A stretch of DNA of 64,000 bases from Chthonomonadales bacterium (GTDB lineage: Bacteria; Armatimonadota; Chthonomonadetes; Chthonomonadales; CAJBBX01). Below, piece after piece: positions 17,886 to 28,123 of this stretch; positions within the stretch are counted from its first letter, which is position 1; each line of letters opens with the position of its first letter. The DNA is taken from NCBI GenBank assembly GCA_037443035.1, contig JBBIPC010000001.1, forward strand, positions 160,001 to 224,000. Reading direction: 5' to 3'. Below the pieces are notes generated by a model. It made no database searches, was not told the DNA's origin, and worked only from the letters and a program-made list of their open reading frames with translations. The translations under genes were made by a program, and so were the position numbers.

Positions 17886-17914
17886 AGTATAGCGGAAACC
17901 CACTTGGACGTCAA
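17886..17914 (-). promoter_or_regulatory. Sigma70 promoter of tRNA-Ser
   Basis: Minus strand TTGACG-N17-TATACT. Confidence 0.85.
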
Positions 17915-17988
17915 CCACCTGGCGTCGAGGGGTCGGGACCGGGGGGCGTGAGGTACACTTCACGAAAGCTACATCAGGATGACGTTCT

Positions 17989-19098
17989 ATGAATCGCTCA
18001 CTGGTGCCGGCTCCCGAGCCGGCTCCTTATGTTACCGATCTGGTGCCCTACCAGCCCGGTAAGCCGATCGCCGAAGTCCGGAGAGAGCTCGGGCTGTCGG
18101 AAGTGGTCAAACTCGCGTCGAACGAAAACGCTCTCGGACCGTCCCCAATGGCGCTCGATGCGATTGTTGCGGCAGCTCGTGATGTTCATCTATACCCGGA
18201 GGGCGCATGCCCGGACCTTCGCCATGCGCTCGCCCGGAGTCTTGGCGTACAGGAGGGTGAGCTCGTCTTCGGAAACGGATCGGATGAGCTGATCCACCTT
18301 CTCGGTCTAGCATATCTTCAGCCTGGCGACGAAGTCCTTCAAGCGGTCCCGACGTTTGTGCGCTACGAGGCTGCCGCCATCCTGAATCGGGCTCGCTGTG
18401 TAAGCGTGCCGTTGTGCGAATGGGCCTATGACGTGGATGTGCTCTTGGCTGCGGTGACGCACGAGACGCGCATCGTGTTCATCGCGAATCCGAACAACCC
18501 AACCGGTAGCTACTTGGCGCGAAAGGACACCGAACGCCTCCTCGACAACGTCAGCGAGCGTTGCATCGTGTGCTTCGACGAGGCGTACTACGAGTACGTA
18601 GATGCGCGAGACTATCCTGATACGCTGGAATACGTGCGGTCACGCCAGAACGTGGTTGTGCTGAGGACCTTCTCGAAGATCTACGGCTTGGCCGGCCTAC
18701 GGATCGGATACGGCATCGCCCGTCCGGAGATCGTCGCGGCCTTGGAGCGAGTGCGTGAGCCGTTCAACGTTAACAGCCTTGCCCAGGCGGCTGCACGCGC
18801 TGCCCTGGACGACGCAAAGCACGTGCAGCGCTCCCGCGAGATGACAGTGGTCGGTAGGTCGTTCCTGACGGAGCGGCTGGCGGGACTCGGACTGCGCGTG
18901 TATCCATCGCAAGGGAACTTTCTGTGGGTGGATACTGGCAGGGACTGTCGCGCTCTGTTCCAGGCCCTCTTGCGTCTGGGCGTCATTGTGCGGGCGGGGG
19001 ACATTTTCGGCGCTCCCACATTCTTGCGCATAACGGTCGGCCAACCCCGCGAGAACGAGAGGCTTGTCCACGCGCTCAAGGAGGTTCTACAAGCATGA
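17989..19098 (+). CDS. hisC: Histidinol-phosphate/aromatic aminotransferase
   Basis: YQPGKP, KLASNEN, GNGSDE, NPNNPTG, DEAYYE, RTFSKIYGLAGLRIGY. Confidence 0.93.
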   Translation: MNRSLVPAPEPAPYVTDLVPYQPGKPIAEVRRELGLSEVVKLASNENALGPSPMALDAIVAAARDVHLYPEGACPDLRHALARSLGVQEGELVFGNGSDELIHLLGLAYLQPGDEVLQAVPTFVRYEAAAILNRARCVSVPLCEWAYDVDVLLAAVTHETRIVFIANPNNPTGSYLARKDTERLLDNVSERCIVCFDEAYYEYVDARDYPDTLEYVRSRQNVVVLRTFSKIYGLAGLRIGYGIARPEIVAALERVREPFNVNSLAQAAARAALDDAKHVQRSREMTVVGRSFLTERLAGLGLRVYPSQGNFLWVDTGRDCRALFQALLRLGVIVRAGDIFGAPTFLRITVGQPRENERLVHALKEVLQA

Positions 19099-20120
19099 TC
19101 ATCGTCATGGCGCCCGACGCAACACCCGAGCAGATTCAGGACGTCGAAGACCGAATCCGCGAATGGGGCTACGGCATACATCCGATATACGGTACGGAGC
19201 GCACAGTGATCGGGGCTGTAGGCGTTCCTGAGGCAGATAAGGCTGTCTATCTGGAGCAGCTCGAACGCCTGCCGTATGTGGAGCGGGCCATTGCCATCAT
19301 CCGCCCCTACAAGTTCGTAAGCCGGGAGTTTCAGAAGGAAACGACGCAGATACGCGTGGGGGATATTGTCATCGGCGGGTCGGAGATCGTCATGATGGCT
19401 GGGCCGTGTACTGTGGAGAACTACGAACTGACGCTGCAGACGGCAAGAGCGATTCGTGCGATGGGTGTTCGTGTGTTACGAGGTGGCGCATTCAAGCCGT
19501 GCACATCGCCATATTCGTTTCAAGGCTTGGGAGTGGAAGGGCTGCGGATCCTGCGGGACGTAGCGACCGAAACGGGCATGACGGTGATCACAGAAGTCAT
19601 GGACCCGCGGAACGTCGAGCTGGTCTCCGAGTACGCAGATATCCTTCAAGTCGGCACGCGGAACATGCAGAACTACGACCTCTTGCGCGAGGTTGGACGA
19701 GGCGCGCGGCCCGTTCTGCTCAAGCGTGGCATGTGGGCGAAGATCGAGGAATGGCTGCAGGCTGCCGAGTACGTCTTCCTCGGGGGTAACCACAGTATCA
19801 TGCTCTGCGAGCGAGGTATCCGTACTTTCGAGACACACACGCGTAACACGCTGGACCTCTCTGCGGTTGCTGCCGTCCAGGAACTATCGCATCTGCCCGT
19901 CATCGTAGACCCCAGCCAGGGCACGGGCCGGTGGAGCCTTGTGCCCGTGATGGCACGAGCTGCTGTTGCAGCCGGTGCGGATGGGCTGCTAGTGGAAGTA
20001 CACCCCGAGCCAGACAAGGCCATCAAGGATGGCGCGCAGTCGGTGACCCATGAAGGCTTCGAGCGCCTCCTGAAGATGTGTCGGCCAGTGGCGGAGGCCA
20101 TCGGGAGGTCCCTTGCATGA
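19095..20120 (+). CDS. aroF: DAHP synthase type I-beta with N-terminal ACT-like regulatory domain
   Basis: MIIVM N-domain, AGPCTVE, RGGAFKP, QVGTRNMQN, LKRG, CERGIRTFE, DPSQ, EVHPEP. Confidence 0.93.
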   Translation: MIIVMAPDATPEQIQDVEDRIREWGYGIHPIYGTERTVIGAVGVPEADKAVYLEQLERLPYVERAIAIIRPYKFVSREFQKETTQIRVGDIVIGGSEIVMMAGPCTVENYELTLQTARAIRAMGVRVLRGGAFKPCTSPYSFQGLGVEGLRILRDVATETGMTVITEVMDPRNVELVSEYADILQVGTRNMQNYDLLREVGRGARPVLLKRGMWAKIEEWLQAAEYVFLGGNHSIMLCERGIRTFETHTRNTLDLSAVAAVQELSHLPVIVDPSQGTGRWSLVPVMARAAVAAGADGLLVEVHPEPDKAIKDGAQSVTHEGFERLLKMCRPVAEAIGRSLA

Positions 20121-20953
20121 GCCATCGCTTGCCTCTGCCGGTGAATCGAGCCGGTGGTCCTGCTCTGAAAGTGGGTTGCTGTGCATACTCCTACCGCGAC
20201 TACCTGACAGGCTCTCCTCCACGCATGACACTAGAGGGCTTTCTCGAGCGCTGTGCCGAGCTGGAATGCGACGGTGTGGAGCTGACGTCGTACTACTTCC
20301 CGACGCCCATCACGCCCGGTTACCTGCGCAGAGTGGCTCGACGATGCTTCGTATTGGGACTGGAGGTGGCCGGCACGGCAGTAGGCAACACGTTCACCGT
20401 GCCGCCGGGTCCTGCGCGTCAGGCACAGTTGAACCTTGTTCGCCTGTGGGTGGATCTATCCGTTGATCTTGGTGCGCGCTGTCTGCGCGTCTTCGCGGGA
20501 CCCGTGCCTTCTGAAGGGAGCGCGCGTACCGGCCGCAGATGGGTTTCGGAGTGCCTCGAGGAGTGCGTTGCTTACTCTGCGGAACGAGGTGTTGTACTCG
20601 CTCTGGAGAACCACGGCGGCGTCGTGGAACGACCGGAAGGGCTACTGGAGATACTGGGGCGCGTCCGGAGCGAGTGGCTCGGAGCGAAGCTCGACACGGG
20701 CAATTTCGACTCCTCGGATCCTTACGCCGATCTCGCACAATGCGCTCCATACGCCGTCTCTACCCACATCAAGACGGAGCTGCGGCGGAACGGACTCGTA
20801 GAAAAGGCGGACATCGGCGCCATTGCCGAGATCCTTCGACGGGCAGGTTATCGCGGCTACATGAACCTGGAGTACGAAGCTGCCGAGGACGCGGCTACCG
20901 CCGTACCAAGAGCAATTGCAGCCATGCGCGCCGCAGCGAAGACCGCTTTCTAG
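20117..20953 (+). CDS. Sugar phosphate isomerase/epimerase (xylose-isomerase-like TIM barrel)
   Basis: GVELTSYY, LRVFAG, LALENHGG, LDTGNF, HIK, GYRGYMNLEYE. Confidence 0.88.
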   Translation: MSHRLPLPVNRAGGPALKVGCCAYSYRDYLTGSPPRMTLEGFLERCAELECDGVELTSYYFPTPITPGYLRRVARRCFVLGLEVAGTAVGNTFTVPPGPARQAQLNLVRLWVDLSVDLGARCLRVFAGPVPSEGSARTGRRWVSECLEECVAYSAERGVVLALENHGGVVERPEGLLEILGRVRSEWLGAKLDTGNFDSSDPYADLAQCAPYAVSTHIKTELRRNGLVEKADIGAIAEILRRAGYRGYMNLEYEAAEDAATAVPRAIAAMRAAAKTAF

Positions 20954-20996
20954 AACGTCCTTCCTCGTTCTGTCACAGAGCGAGACGGCGAGTTGG

Positions 20997-22361
20997 TTAG
21001 ACGGGGCGCTTCCGTACGGTAGTACCGGAGGGGCCGTCGCCGACCTCGTAACCCATCTGGATGAGCATGTCGCGGATCTGGTCGCTCTCCGACCAGTTCC
21101 GTGCTCGCCTGGCCTCGTTTCGGCGCTCCACCAGGCGCATGACTTCCTCCGGCAGCTCCTCCTCGGATGCGCCAGCACGTGCCTGGATGTCCAAGCCAAG
21201 AATCCTATCGAACTCCACCCAGAGCCGGTGACTGCCATAGCGATTGAGCAGACCCACGACCTGCGGGACATTCAAGTCGTTGTTCAGCGCGTCCAGCACC
21301 TCAGCATGCGCGTCTTGATAGGCCCCATCGTCAGCCAGGGGATCTGGATCGGGACGAGTGCTGTATACCCGTCGCAATCCCTGCTGGGCGGCATCCAGCG
21401 CCTGCCACGTGAAGCGTAGCTCCGAACGGTAGTGGGCCTGAAGGCATAGATAGCGATAGGACAGTGGGTCATACCCACGATCAGCCAATGTCTGGAGAGT
21501 GAGAAAGTTCTCGGCAGACTTGGACATCTTCTCGGAGCCGATGAGGAGCCACTCACCATGGAGCCAGTAGCGCACGAACGGCTGTCCCGTCGCGCCCTCG
21601 CTCTGAGCGATTTCGTTCGTATGGTGCACGGGAATGTGGTCCACACCGCCGCAGTGGATGTCGAACGTAGCGCCTAGGTACTTCATGCTCATGGCAGAGC
21701 ACTCGATATGCCAGCCAGGATATCCTCGGCCCCAGGGACTTTCCCACTGCATGATGTGGCGAGGGCGATTCATGAACCACAGCGCAAAGTCGTTGGGATG
21801 ACGCTTCGTCTCGTGTTGTCCCACGCGCCCTCCGGCACCTGCCTGCAGACCTCGGAGATCAAGACGAGCCAACCGCGCGTAGTTTGGGAACTTGCTCGTG
21901 TCGTAGTACACTGCGTCGGGTGTCACGTAGGCTAGTCCACGGTCCACGAGCTTCTCGACAAGCGCGATCATGTCCGCAATGTGCTCCGTGGCTCGGCAGA
22001 TGACTTCAGGGCGCTCGATGTTCAACGCGGCCATATCGCGGAGCCATGCGTCCTCGTATTTCCGAGCGAGCTGCCACACATCCAGCCCTTCGCGGCGAGC
22101 TCCCATCTCCATCTTGTCCTCGCCTTCGTCAGCATCGGACTCCAGATGACCGACGTCGGTGATGTTCATCACGTGGAAAGGCACGAAGCCGTTGTAGCGC
22201 AATGTCCGACGCAGGACGTCCTCGAAAATGTAGGTCCGGAGATTGCCAATGTGGGCGTAGTTGTAGACGGTAGGCCCGCAGCAGTACATGCCAGCCTTGC
22301 CGGGTTCGAGCGGGATGAAGTCCTCTACTGTTCGCGATAGGGTGTTGTACAGACGGAGCAT
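20997..22361 (-). CDS. cysS: Cysteinyl-tRNA synthetase
   Basis: CGPTVY, HIGN, NITDVGH, PGWHIECSAM, DIHCGG.DH..HH.NE, KMSKS. Confidence 0.97.
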   Translation of the reverse strand: MLRLYNTLSRTVEDFIPLEPGKAGMYCCGPTVYNYAHIGNLRTYIFEDVLRRTLRYNGFVPFHVMNITDVGHLESDADEGEDKMEMGARREGLDVWQLARKYEDAWLRDMAALNIERPEVICRATEHIADMIALVEKLVDRGLAYVTPDAVYYDTSKFPNYARLARLDLRGLQAGAGGRVGQHETKRHPNDFALWFMNRPRHIMQWESPWGRGYPGWHIECSAMSMKYLGATFDIHCGGVDHIPVHHTNEIAQSEGATGQPFVRYWLHGEWLLIGSEKMSKSAENFLTLQTLADRGYDPLSYRYLCLQAHYRSELRFTWQALDAAQQGLRRVYSTRPDPDPLADDGAYQDAHAEVLDALNNDLNVPQVVGLLNRYGSHRLWVEFDRILGLDIQARAGASEEELPEEVMRLVERRNEARRARNWSESDQIRDMLIQMGYEVGDGPSGTTVRKRPV

Positions 22362-22366
22362 GCGCT

Positions 22367-23260
22367 TCACCTCTCCTTGCACTGCGGGCTGCGTAAGGTG
22401 CGTCTCTGAAATGCGTATACGTACTGCTGCGCCCAGCCGGAATACGGTCCCATGATACCGCGGAATGCGTCGGCTAGAGATTCGTACGTGCGCGAGGTCA
22501 TGCTCCGAGCAGCCAAAGATGGTACGAGGCGCGATGTGATGTAGCGCCTAAGGTGAGTATCCACGGGCACCGCGTCATCGTGTCCGAAGCCGAAGAGGCG
22601 GATGCAGTCAGCCACCTTAGGGCCCACCCCTGGCAGACGCATGAGACTGGCCCTAACCTTCGCACGAGGCAGCCCTGCAAGGGACGTGAAATCGAGTCCG
22701 AGACGGCTGAGTTGCACTAGGTATCTGGCGCGGTATCCGAAGCCCAGTTTCCTCAAGTCGTCTTCTGACAGCAGGGTCAGCGTCGTTAGCCTTGGGTGAA
22801 GCCGCTGACTATCCGCCCAGGGGCATGCACATTCTGTGCCAACCGCCCCGGCCAGTCGCCGAATCATGCCCTGGATGCGCTCGACGTTGTTGCACGACGA
22901 ACAGACGAAATCGATGAGGGTCGTCTCCGGGTTCTGGCGTAGGATCCGCAGCCCCGGGCATGCCGCGATATAGGCGTTGAATCCAGGGTCTCGTTCGGTC
23001 CAATCGGCGTAGAGACCGGCTAAGTCCACATCGAGAGCGAAGAAACGTTCCAGCATGTCCCAGCGGTCGGTGGGCCAAGTTGCCCACCAGAACCCATCAT
23101 CGTGTGGCTCGAGCCATGCGAGGAATGACTCCGTAGCAAGGATGTAGCGACCCGACTCCGTCCGGTTCCAAAGGAACGTCTGGCCGCTCGTGAGGCACGC
23201 TTCAATGTTCAGGACGGAGGACGGGATGGAGGCCCAGTGCCGTCGGTCAGGTCGGGGCAC
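22367..23260 (-). CDS. ogg: 8-oxoguanine DNA glycosylase/AP lyase (OGG1-type); start approximate
   Basis: SGQTFLW, GLRILRQ, FVCSSCNNVERI, GFGYRA, HhH LPGVGPKVADC, VPVDTH, GWAQQY. Confidence 0.88.
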   Translation of the reverse strand: MPRPDRRHWASIPSSVLNIEACLTSGQTFLWNRTESGRYILATESFLAWLEPHDDGFWWATWPTDRWDMLERFFALDVDLAGLYADWTERDPGFNAYIAACPGLRILRQNPETTLIDFVCSSCNNVERIQGMIRRLAGAVGTECACPWADSQRLHPRLTTLTLLSEDDLRKLGFGYRARYLVQLSRLGLDFTSLAGLPRAKVRASLMRLPGVGPKVADCIRLFGFGHDDAVPVDTHLRRYITSRLVPSLAARSMTSRTYESLADAFRGIMGPYSGWAQQYVYAFQRRTLRSPQCKER

Positions 23261-23264
23261 AGGA

Positions 23265-24341
23265 CTACTGCATTGGTGAGGGCGTTGGCGCGGCGTTAGC
23301 CCACGCCGGTGTCCAACGCCACAGGCTGAAGACTCGGCGCGCTTCCGCTGCAGTTCCGGGCGTCGTGTTCGCGGCCACGGCACTTCTTGTGGCTCTGGCG
23401 CGCACGAGTGTATGGTAGGGCACACCGCTGCCAGCCGCGCGGATGACGACCTCGACCGCCTGAACGTCCGCGTCGCCCTGCAGGATCTGCTGTACTGCGT
23501 GGAGCGTGTCCCGGACTATCTGATCCTGTGTCGGAGGGGCCCCGCCGAAGTCCCCATAGGCGAATAGCATGGCCGTTCGCCCAGTGCCTGTCAAGACGAC
23601 GGCATGTTGCATTGTAGGAAGAGTCCACGGGCGAGTCTCGACGAGAAGCTGCTCGAGATGGACTTCCCGATCCAGGAGCGTCTCATCTCCACCCACGCCT
23701 TCGTCTTCTGCTGCCTCCGTCTGGTCTGTCATGATCTCACCCGGCAGCAAGCCCGCTCGTGTCTTACGTCCATCCGTAAGAGGACTCGCTGCTGTCGCGG
23801 CTACAGGCTGGCTGGCACGAGCGACGGTGGTACCGTGGAGCCGGCGAGCGCGAGTGCGGTTGACAAGGATCGCCGCCACGGCGCCAAGCACGCACATGGC
23901 GAGAATGACTGCGAGCCATCGCACGACGATGGACGAGCGGGCTCGCGCCTCTCGGTCTTCTTCCTCGTCAGTGGGGCCACCTTGCGCTGCTCTCAGGCGA
24001 TTCGCACGGTTCAGCTTCTCGCGATCCGGACGGCTATGGGGGTTGAGATCCAGTGCTAGCTGGTACCACTGTCGCGCGTCATCGAGGCGTCCCTGGTCCA
24101 TGTAAATGTCTCCGAGGAGCGAGTGTGCGTGCACATTGTTGGGGTCGGCACGCAGCACCTCGATGCAACGGCGTTCTGCTTCCTCGAATGCCCCCCTCAC
24201 GCGCAGGAGATTGGCGGCCGCCAACGCTACCTCTAGGTTGCGGCCTTCGGTTTGGGAGGGCTGACTGTTCAGTTCAGTGCCGCAGGAGGAGCAGAATAGG
24301 GCATCTTCCGGCATCAGAGCTTTGCAGGCCGGGCACTTCAT
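23265..24341 (-). CDS. Zinc-ribbon + TPR membrane-anchored protein
   Basis: CPAC...FCSSCG, TPR repeats ([21 protein letters not shown]), one TM helix. Confidence 0.75.
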   Translation of the reverse strand: MKCPACKALMPEDALFCSSCGTELNSQPSQTEGRNLEVALAAANLLRVRGAFEEAERRCIEVLRADPNNVHAHSLLGDIYMDQGRLDDARQWYQLALDLNPHSRPDREKLNRANRLRAAQGGPTDEEEDREARARSSIVVRWLAVILAMCVLGAVAAILVNRTRARRLHGTTVARASQPVAATAASPLTDGRKTRAGLLPGEIMTDQTEAAEDEGVGGDETLLDREVHLEQLLVETRPWTLPTMQHAVVLTGTGRTAMLFAYGDFGGAPPTQDQIVRDTLHAVQQILQGDADVQAVEVVIRAAGSGVPYHTLVRARATRSAVAANTTPGTAAEARRVFSLWRWTPAWANAAPTPSPMQ

Positions 24342-24832
24342 GGTGCCTTTTCTCCTGTACCCGTATGGCCAAACCCACCGGCACCGCGCTGCGTCTCTGG
24401 CAGCGCATCCTGCTCCAGCCAGGCGGCCTGAGCAACTGGTGCAATGATGAGCTGAGCAATGCGGTCGCCTCGGCGAAGCGTGAACGGTTCCTGTCCGAGA
24501 TTGACGAGGATTACCTGGATCTCTCCTCGGTAGTCCGCGTCAATAGTGCCGGGGGCGTTGACCATCCCGATGCCATGTCGCAACGCAAGACCGCTGCGCG
24601 GGCGCACCTGTCCTTCGTAGCCTGGCGGGATGGCTATGCAGAACCCGGTCGGCACGGCGGCCCGCTCGCCTGGAAGGAGCGTCAGAGGACCAACGATGGC
24701 AGCAGGCAGGTCCACCCCCGCGGCCAGAGGGGTTGCATACTCCGGCAACGGCAGCCCCTCCGCATGGGGTAAGCGGCGGATGGCGATGCGTAGGCTGTTC
24801 ACATGATCTCCGTGATCCATGGTTGCAGGCAC
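24338..24832 (-). CDS. dut: dUTP diphosphatase
   Basis: [38 protein letters not shown]. Confidence 0.97.
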   Translation of the reverse strand: MPATMDHGDHVNSLRIAIRRLPHAEGLPLPEYATPLAAGVDLPAAIVGPLTLLPGERAAVPTGFCIAIPPGYEGQVRPRSGLALRHGIGMVNAPGTIDADYRGEIQVILVNLGQEPFTLRRGDRIAQLIIAPVAQAAWLEQDALPETQRGAGGFGHTGTGEKAP

Positions 24833-24879
24833 TCGACTGACTCGACGCCAACGGCAGCCGCCGTGTTCCTGGGGGAGCG

Positions 24880-26628
24880 CTATCGAGGTTTGACGGAGAT
24901 GGGTTCGGCGCCAGCTTCTACTGGAGCTTTCGGTATGCGGAACCAGAAGGTGCTGCCCTTACCTAGCTCCGTGTCCACCCATATCGTACCGTGGTGCGCC
25001 TCCACCAAGTTCTTGACCAAGAAGAGACCGATACCGGTGCCCTTGATGCCTGCGGTCTTCGGGTTGTGGATGCGTAGGTACGGGCGGAACAGCCTGTTGC
25101 GGGCAGATTCAGGAATCCCTGTACCGTGATCCTGAACCCCGAGAAGGACGGTTCGTTGGTCTGGTTCATCTCTGATGATGATCCGCACTTCCCCGCCGTC
25201 GGGTGAGTACTTGATGGCGTTGCTTACAAGGTTCTGGAGGACTTGCTCGATTTGATCTTTGCCCACCGTTGCCCAGACATGTTCCGGAACAGAGTCCACG
25301 ACCAGAGTGTGCTTCTCGGTGTTCGTCATCCCGCGCTGCACTTCGAAGACCGACTCGGCAAGTTCGGTCAGGTCTACCTCTTCCCAGAACAGTTGCAGAG
25401 CGATGCCTCGCTCAATGCGTGTGACGTTCAGTAGGTCATTGATCAGGCGCCCCAGCCGGTCCACGTTTTGCTCGATGATCGCGTAGTATTCCTGGCGCTC
25501 TTCGAAGGTGAACGAGTCATCTTTGTCCTGCGCAAGCATGCTGATGAAGCCCTTGATGGGGGTCATGGGGGTGCGCAGTTCATGGGCAGCGATGGCCACG
25601 AACTCGGTTTTCATCCGCTCGAGGTTGCGAATCTCTGTAATGTCGTTGAAGATGATCGCAGTCCCGATGAGCGTTCGCTGCTCGTCGCGGACTTGCGCTG
25701 CGTGCATCTGAAAGACCCGTTCTTCCCCTGTTTCGTTATCGAGGACTCCTATCTCCTCGGCTAGCTGGTTCAGCTCCGCATCCACGGACCCGTTGTCAGC
25801 TTCCGAACCGGCCGCAAGCAGGCGATCGACGGCGGCTAGTGCGGCTTCATGCTTGATGACGTCCCTCCAGCTCTTGCCGATCGGATCCTCGGTCACACCG
25901 AACATTTGTCGCGCACGAGCATTCATCTGCATGAGGTTGCCTTTGCTGCCAATGAGGATGAGCCCGGCATAGAGGCTTTCGATCGTCTGAACGAGCTTCT
26001 GCTTCTCCTCTACCAGCTCGCGGTACATCTGTGCGTTGGAGATCACCGAGGCAGCGTTGCGGGACATGCGCTCCAGGAGGCTGACATCCTCCTCGTTGAA
26101 CTCGCCATCGTAGCGTTTGTTGAAGACGCTGAGTACGCCGATGGGGATGCGGTCCAGTACGCGGTTCTCTTCGTCACGGCGCTCCACGACAAGCGGGACG
26201 ATAACCCCGTTCCGAATGTGCAACAACGCCACGTTCTCTTTGACTGTCCGCGGATCATGGACCGCGTCTACGATGATCGCCGGTCTTTCGGTACGGTAGA
26301 CTTCGCCGGCGACGCCTTCTGTGACCTTGACACGGAGCATGCGGAGATCAGTGCTACTGATACCGTAGGCTGGCGCCCTGGCGACAAGCTCGCCGCTCTC
26401 CTTGTCCAGGATCATGATCACGCACTTCTCGGCCTGGAGGATCATGGCGACACGCTGCACAAGACGCTTGAGGGTCTCCTCGAACTCTGTGATGGAGATC
26501 TGTCCTTCCGTCACCTCGGATGCCCGGATGCCTTGCTGCAGGCGTACAATCTCAGCGCGTGCCGCGGCCAGCTCCCGCTCGAGCTCTTCGATTCGTCTCT
26601 GCAGCACGGCGATATTGTCTTGAGCCAT
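24880..26628 (-). CDS. Cytoplasmic sensor histidine kinase (coiled coil-GAF-PAS-HisKA-HATPase)
   Basis: GAF (NK...FNEED), AAHELRTP H-box, [35 protein letters not shown] before ATG 26628; no TM segment. Confidence 0.93.
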   Translation of the reverse strand: MAQDNIAVLQRRIEELERELAAARAEIVRLQQGIRASEVTEGQISITEFEETLKRLVQRVAMILQAEKCVIMILDKESGELVARAPAYGISSTDLRMLRVKVTEGVAGEVYRTERPAIIVDAVHDPRTVKENVALLHIRNGVIVPLVVERRDEENRVLDRIPIGVLSVFNKRYDGEFNEEDVSLLERMSRNAASVISNAQMYRELVEEKQKLVQTIESLYAGLILIGSKGNLMQMNARARQMFGVTEDPIGKSWRDVIKHEAALAAVDRLLAAGSEADNGSVDAELNQLAEEIGVLDNETGEERVFQMHAAQVRDEQRTLIGTAIIFNDITEIRNLERMKTEFVAIAAHELRTPMTPIKGFISMLAQDKDDSFTFEERQEYYAIIEQNVDRLGRLINDLLNVTRIERGIALQLFWEEVDLTELAESVFEVQRGMTNTEKHTLVVDSVPEHVWATVGKDQIEQVLQNLVSNAIKYSPDGGEVRIIIRDEPDQRTVLLGVQDHGTGIPESARNRLFRPYLRIHNPKTAGIKGTGIGLFLVKNLVEAHHGTIWVDTELGKGSTFWFRIPKAPVEAGAEPISVKPR

Positions 26629-26668
26629 GACGTTGATCTCCAGCCTATGTATGGTGCATTCGCAACGG

Positions 26669-26674
26669 ATTATA
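26669..26674 (-). promoter_or_regulatory. -10 element for the histidine kinase operon
   Basis: Perfect TATAAT on the minus strand 40 nt upstream of the start; no clear -35. Confidence 0.45.
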
Positions 26675-26749
26675 CCTGCCACGCATGGAGCGAGGGCCAT
26701 CGCGATGGGCAGTGGTGCAACCCCGAAGCGGTGCGTACCGTAGTACGGC

Positions 26750-28054
26750 ATGGGACGCGATATGGACAGGTCTGCCTTGGACGATCTTCTCGAACGTGGT
26801 CTTGCCCGGGCACGCGCTGAGCAGTGGATGGCGGCTGCGGATCTGTTTCGGCGTGCGGTAGCGGTCGATCACCGGTCTGGAGAAGCGTGCTTTCGGCTTG
26901 GATGGGCCTTGTGGAATCAGGCACGCCTCCAACAACCGACGCTGGCGGATCTCGGGGTCGGCTACCTGGCCCAGCTTGTCGGCGCAGAATCCGTAGCGAG
27001 ACCGAGAGCGCGCAAGTTCGCCGCCCACAGGCGCCTTCTCAATGAAGCGGCACATTGGCTGCGGCAATCTCTGGAGCTGAGGCCGAACGATGCTGAGGCC
27101 TACTACTATCTTGCGCGGACGCTGCGAGAGCTGGGATACCGCTCGGATGCCACGGACGCCGCCCGGCGCGCCACAGAGATCGAGCCCGACAACAGTCGGT
27201 ACAGCGCCCTGGCACGAGAATATGCAAGCGTGGCGACGAGTGCGTTCACCCGCGTGCAACCGGCCACAGAGCCCTTGTCTACCATCCGGAGGCTATCCTG
27301 GGACGACGTCATTCTCGATGCGCGAACCAAGCGCGAGCTCCGACAGGTTCAACTCATGTTGGAGAAGCCGGACATGGCCCGGGAGCTCGGCGTGGAGCCT
27401 CCGACTGGCATCCTGCTCAAGGGCGCGCCCGGGACTGGAAAGACGACGATCGCGCGCGTCCTCGCCGCTGAGGCCCGATGCCATTTCTTCGCTATCACGC
27501 CTGCGGACATCAACCAGATGTTCGTGGGCGAGTCCGAGAAGCGCGTCCGCGACCTCTTCGCCAGTGCCAGGGAGAACGCCCCTTCCATCATCTTCATAGA
27601 CGAAATAGATGCACTGCTACCGGCGAGGCAGGGTGGAGTGGCTGTGCACTACGACAAGGTCGTCAACCAGTTCCTCCAGGAGATGGACGGCATGACGCCC
27701 AACCAGCGCGTGCTGGTGGTTGGGGCGACGAATCGCGAAGATATGCTGGACCCCGCGGTGCGGCGGGGAGGACGCCTGTCCAGGGAGATCGAGATCCCGC
27801 TACCAGATGCGACTATGCGTCTGGACCTTCTTCGGTTGTTCACGAAGCATGTTCGTCTAGCCGAGGACGTGGACCTGGAAGCGCTGGCATCGCAGAGCGA
27901 CGGCTGGTCTGGCGCGGACCTCCGTGCGTTAGTCAATGAGGCCGGTCTTCAGGCCCTCATCCGGATTGCCGATGGTGGTGAGGAGAACATACCTCGGGCG
28001 GTATCGTACGCGGACTTCGAGAGTGCTCTCAGAAACATGGAGGACCGTGACTGA
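26750..28054 (+). CDS. TPR-containing AAA+ ATPase (single CDC48/FtsH-clade module)
   Basis: TPR repeats; GILLKGAPGTGKT, MFVGESE pore loop, IIFIDEID, ATNR..LDPAVRRGGRL SRH, GWSGADL. Confidence 0.9.
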   Translation: MGRDMDRSALDDLLERGLARARAEQWMAAADLFRRAVAVDHRSGEACFRLGWALWNQARLQQPTLADLGVGYLAQLVGAESVARPRARKFAAHRRLLNEAAHWLRQSLELRPNDAEAYYYLARTLRELGYRSDATDAARRATEIEPDNSRYSALAREYASVATSAFTRVQPATEPLSTIRRLSWDDVILDARTKRELRQVQLMLEKPDMARELGVEPPTGILLKGAPGTGKTTIARVLAAEARCHFFAITPADINQMFVGESEKRVRDLFASARENAPSIIFIDEIDALLPARQGGVAVHYDKVVNQFLQEMDGMTPNQRVLVVGATNREDMLDPAVRRGGRLSREIEIPLPDATMRLDLLRLFTKHVRLAEDVDLEALASQSDGWSGADLRALVNEAGLQALIRIADGGEENIPRAVSYADFESALRNMEDRD

Positions 28055-28069
28055 AGGCCGCACCCCAGC

Positions 28070-28098
28070 TTGACGCGATACACGTGCCCATGTATACT
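28070..28098 (+). promoter_or_regulatory. Sigma70 promoter of tRNA-Leu (and probably the trp operon)
   Basis: TTGACG-N17-TATACT. Confidence 0.85.
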
Positions 28099-28123
28099 GC
28101 ATCATCGGCAGTGTTGCGGTGAT

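Noticed and set aside
17766..17992. Short ORFs 17766-17951 and 17771-17992
   Set aside because: Antisense translations of tRNA-Ser and its promoter
22361..22420. T-box riboswitch upstream of cysS
   Set aside because: cysS starts 5 nt after the ogg stop; no leader space or T-box motif
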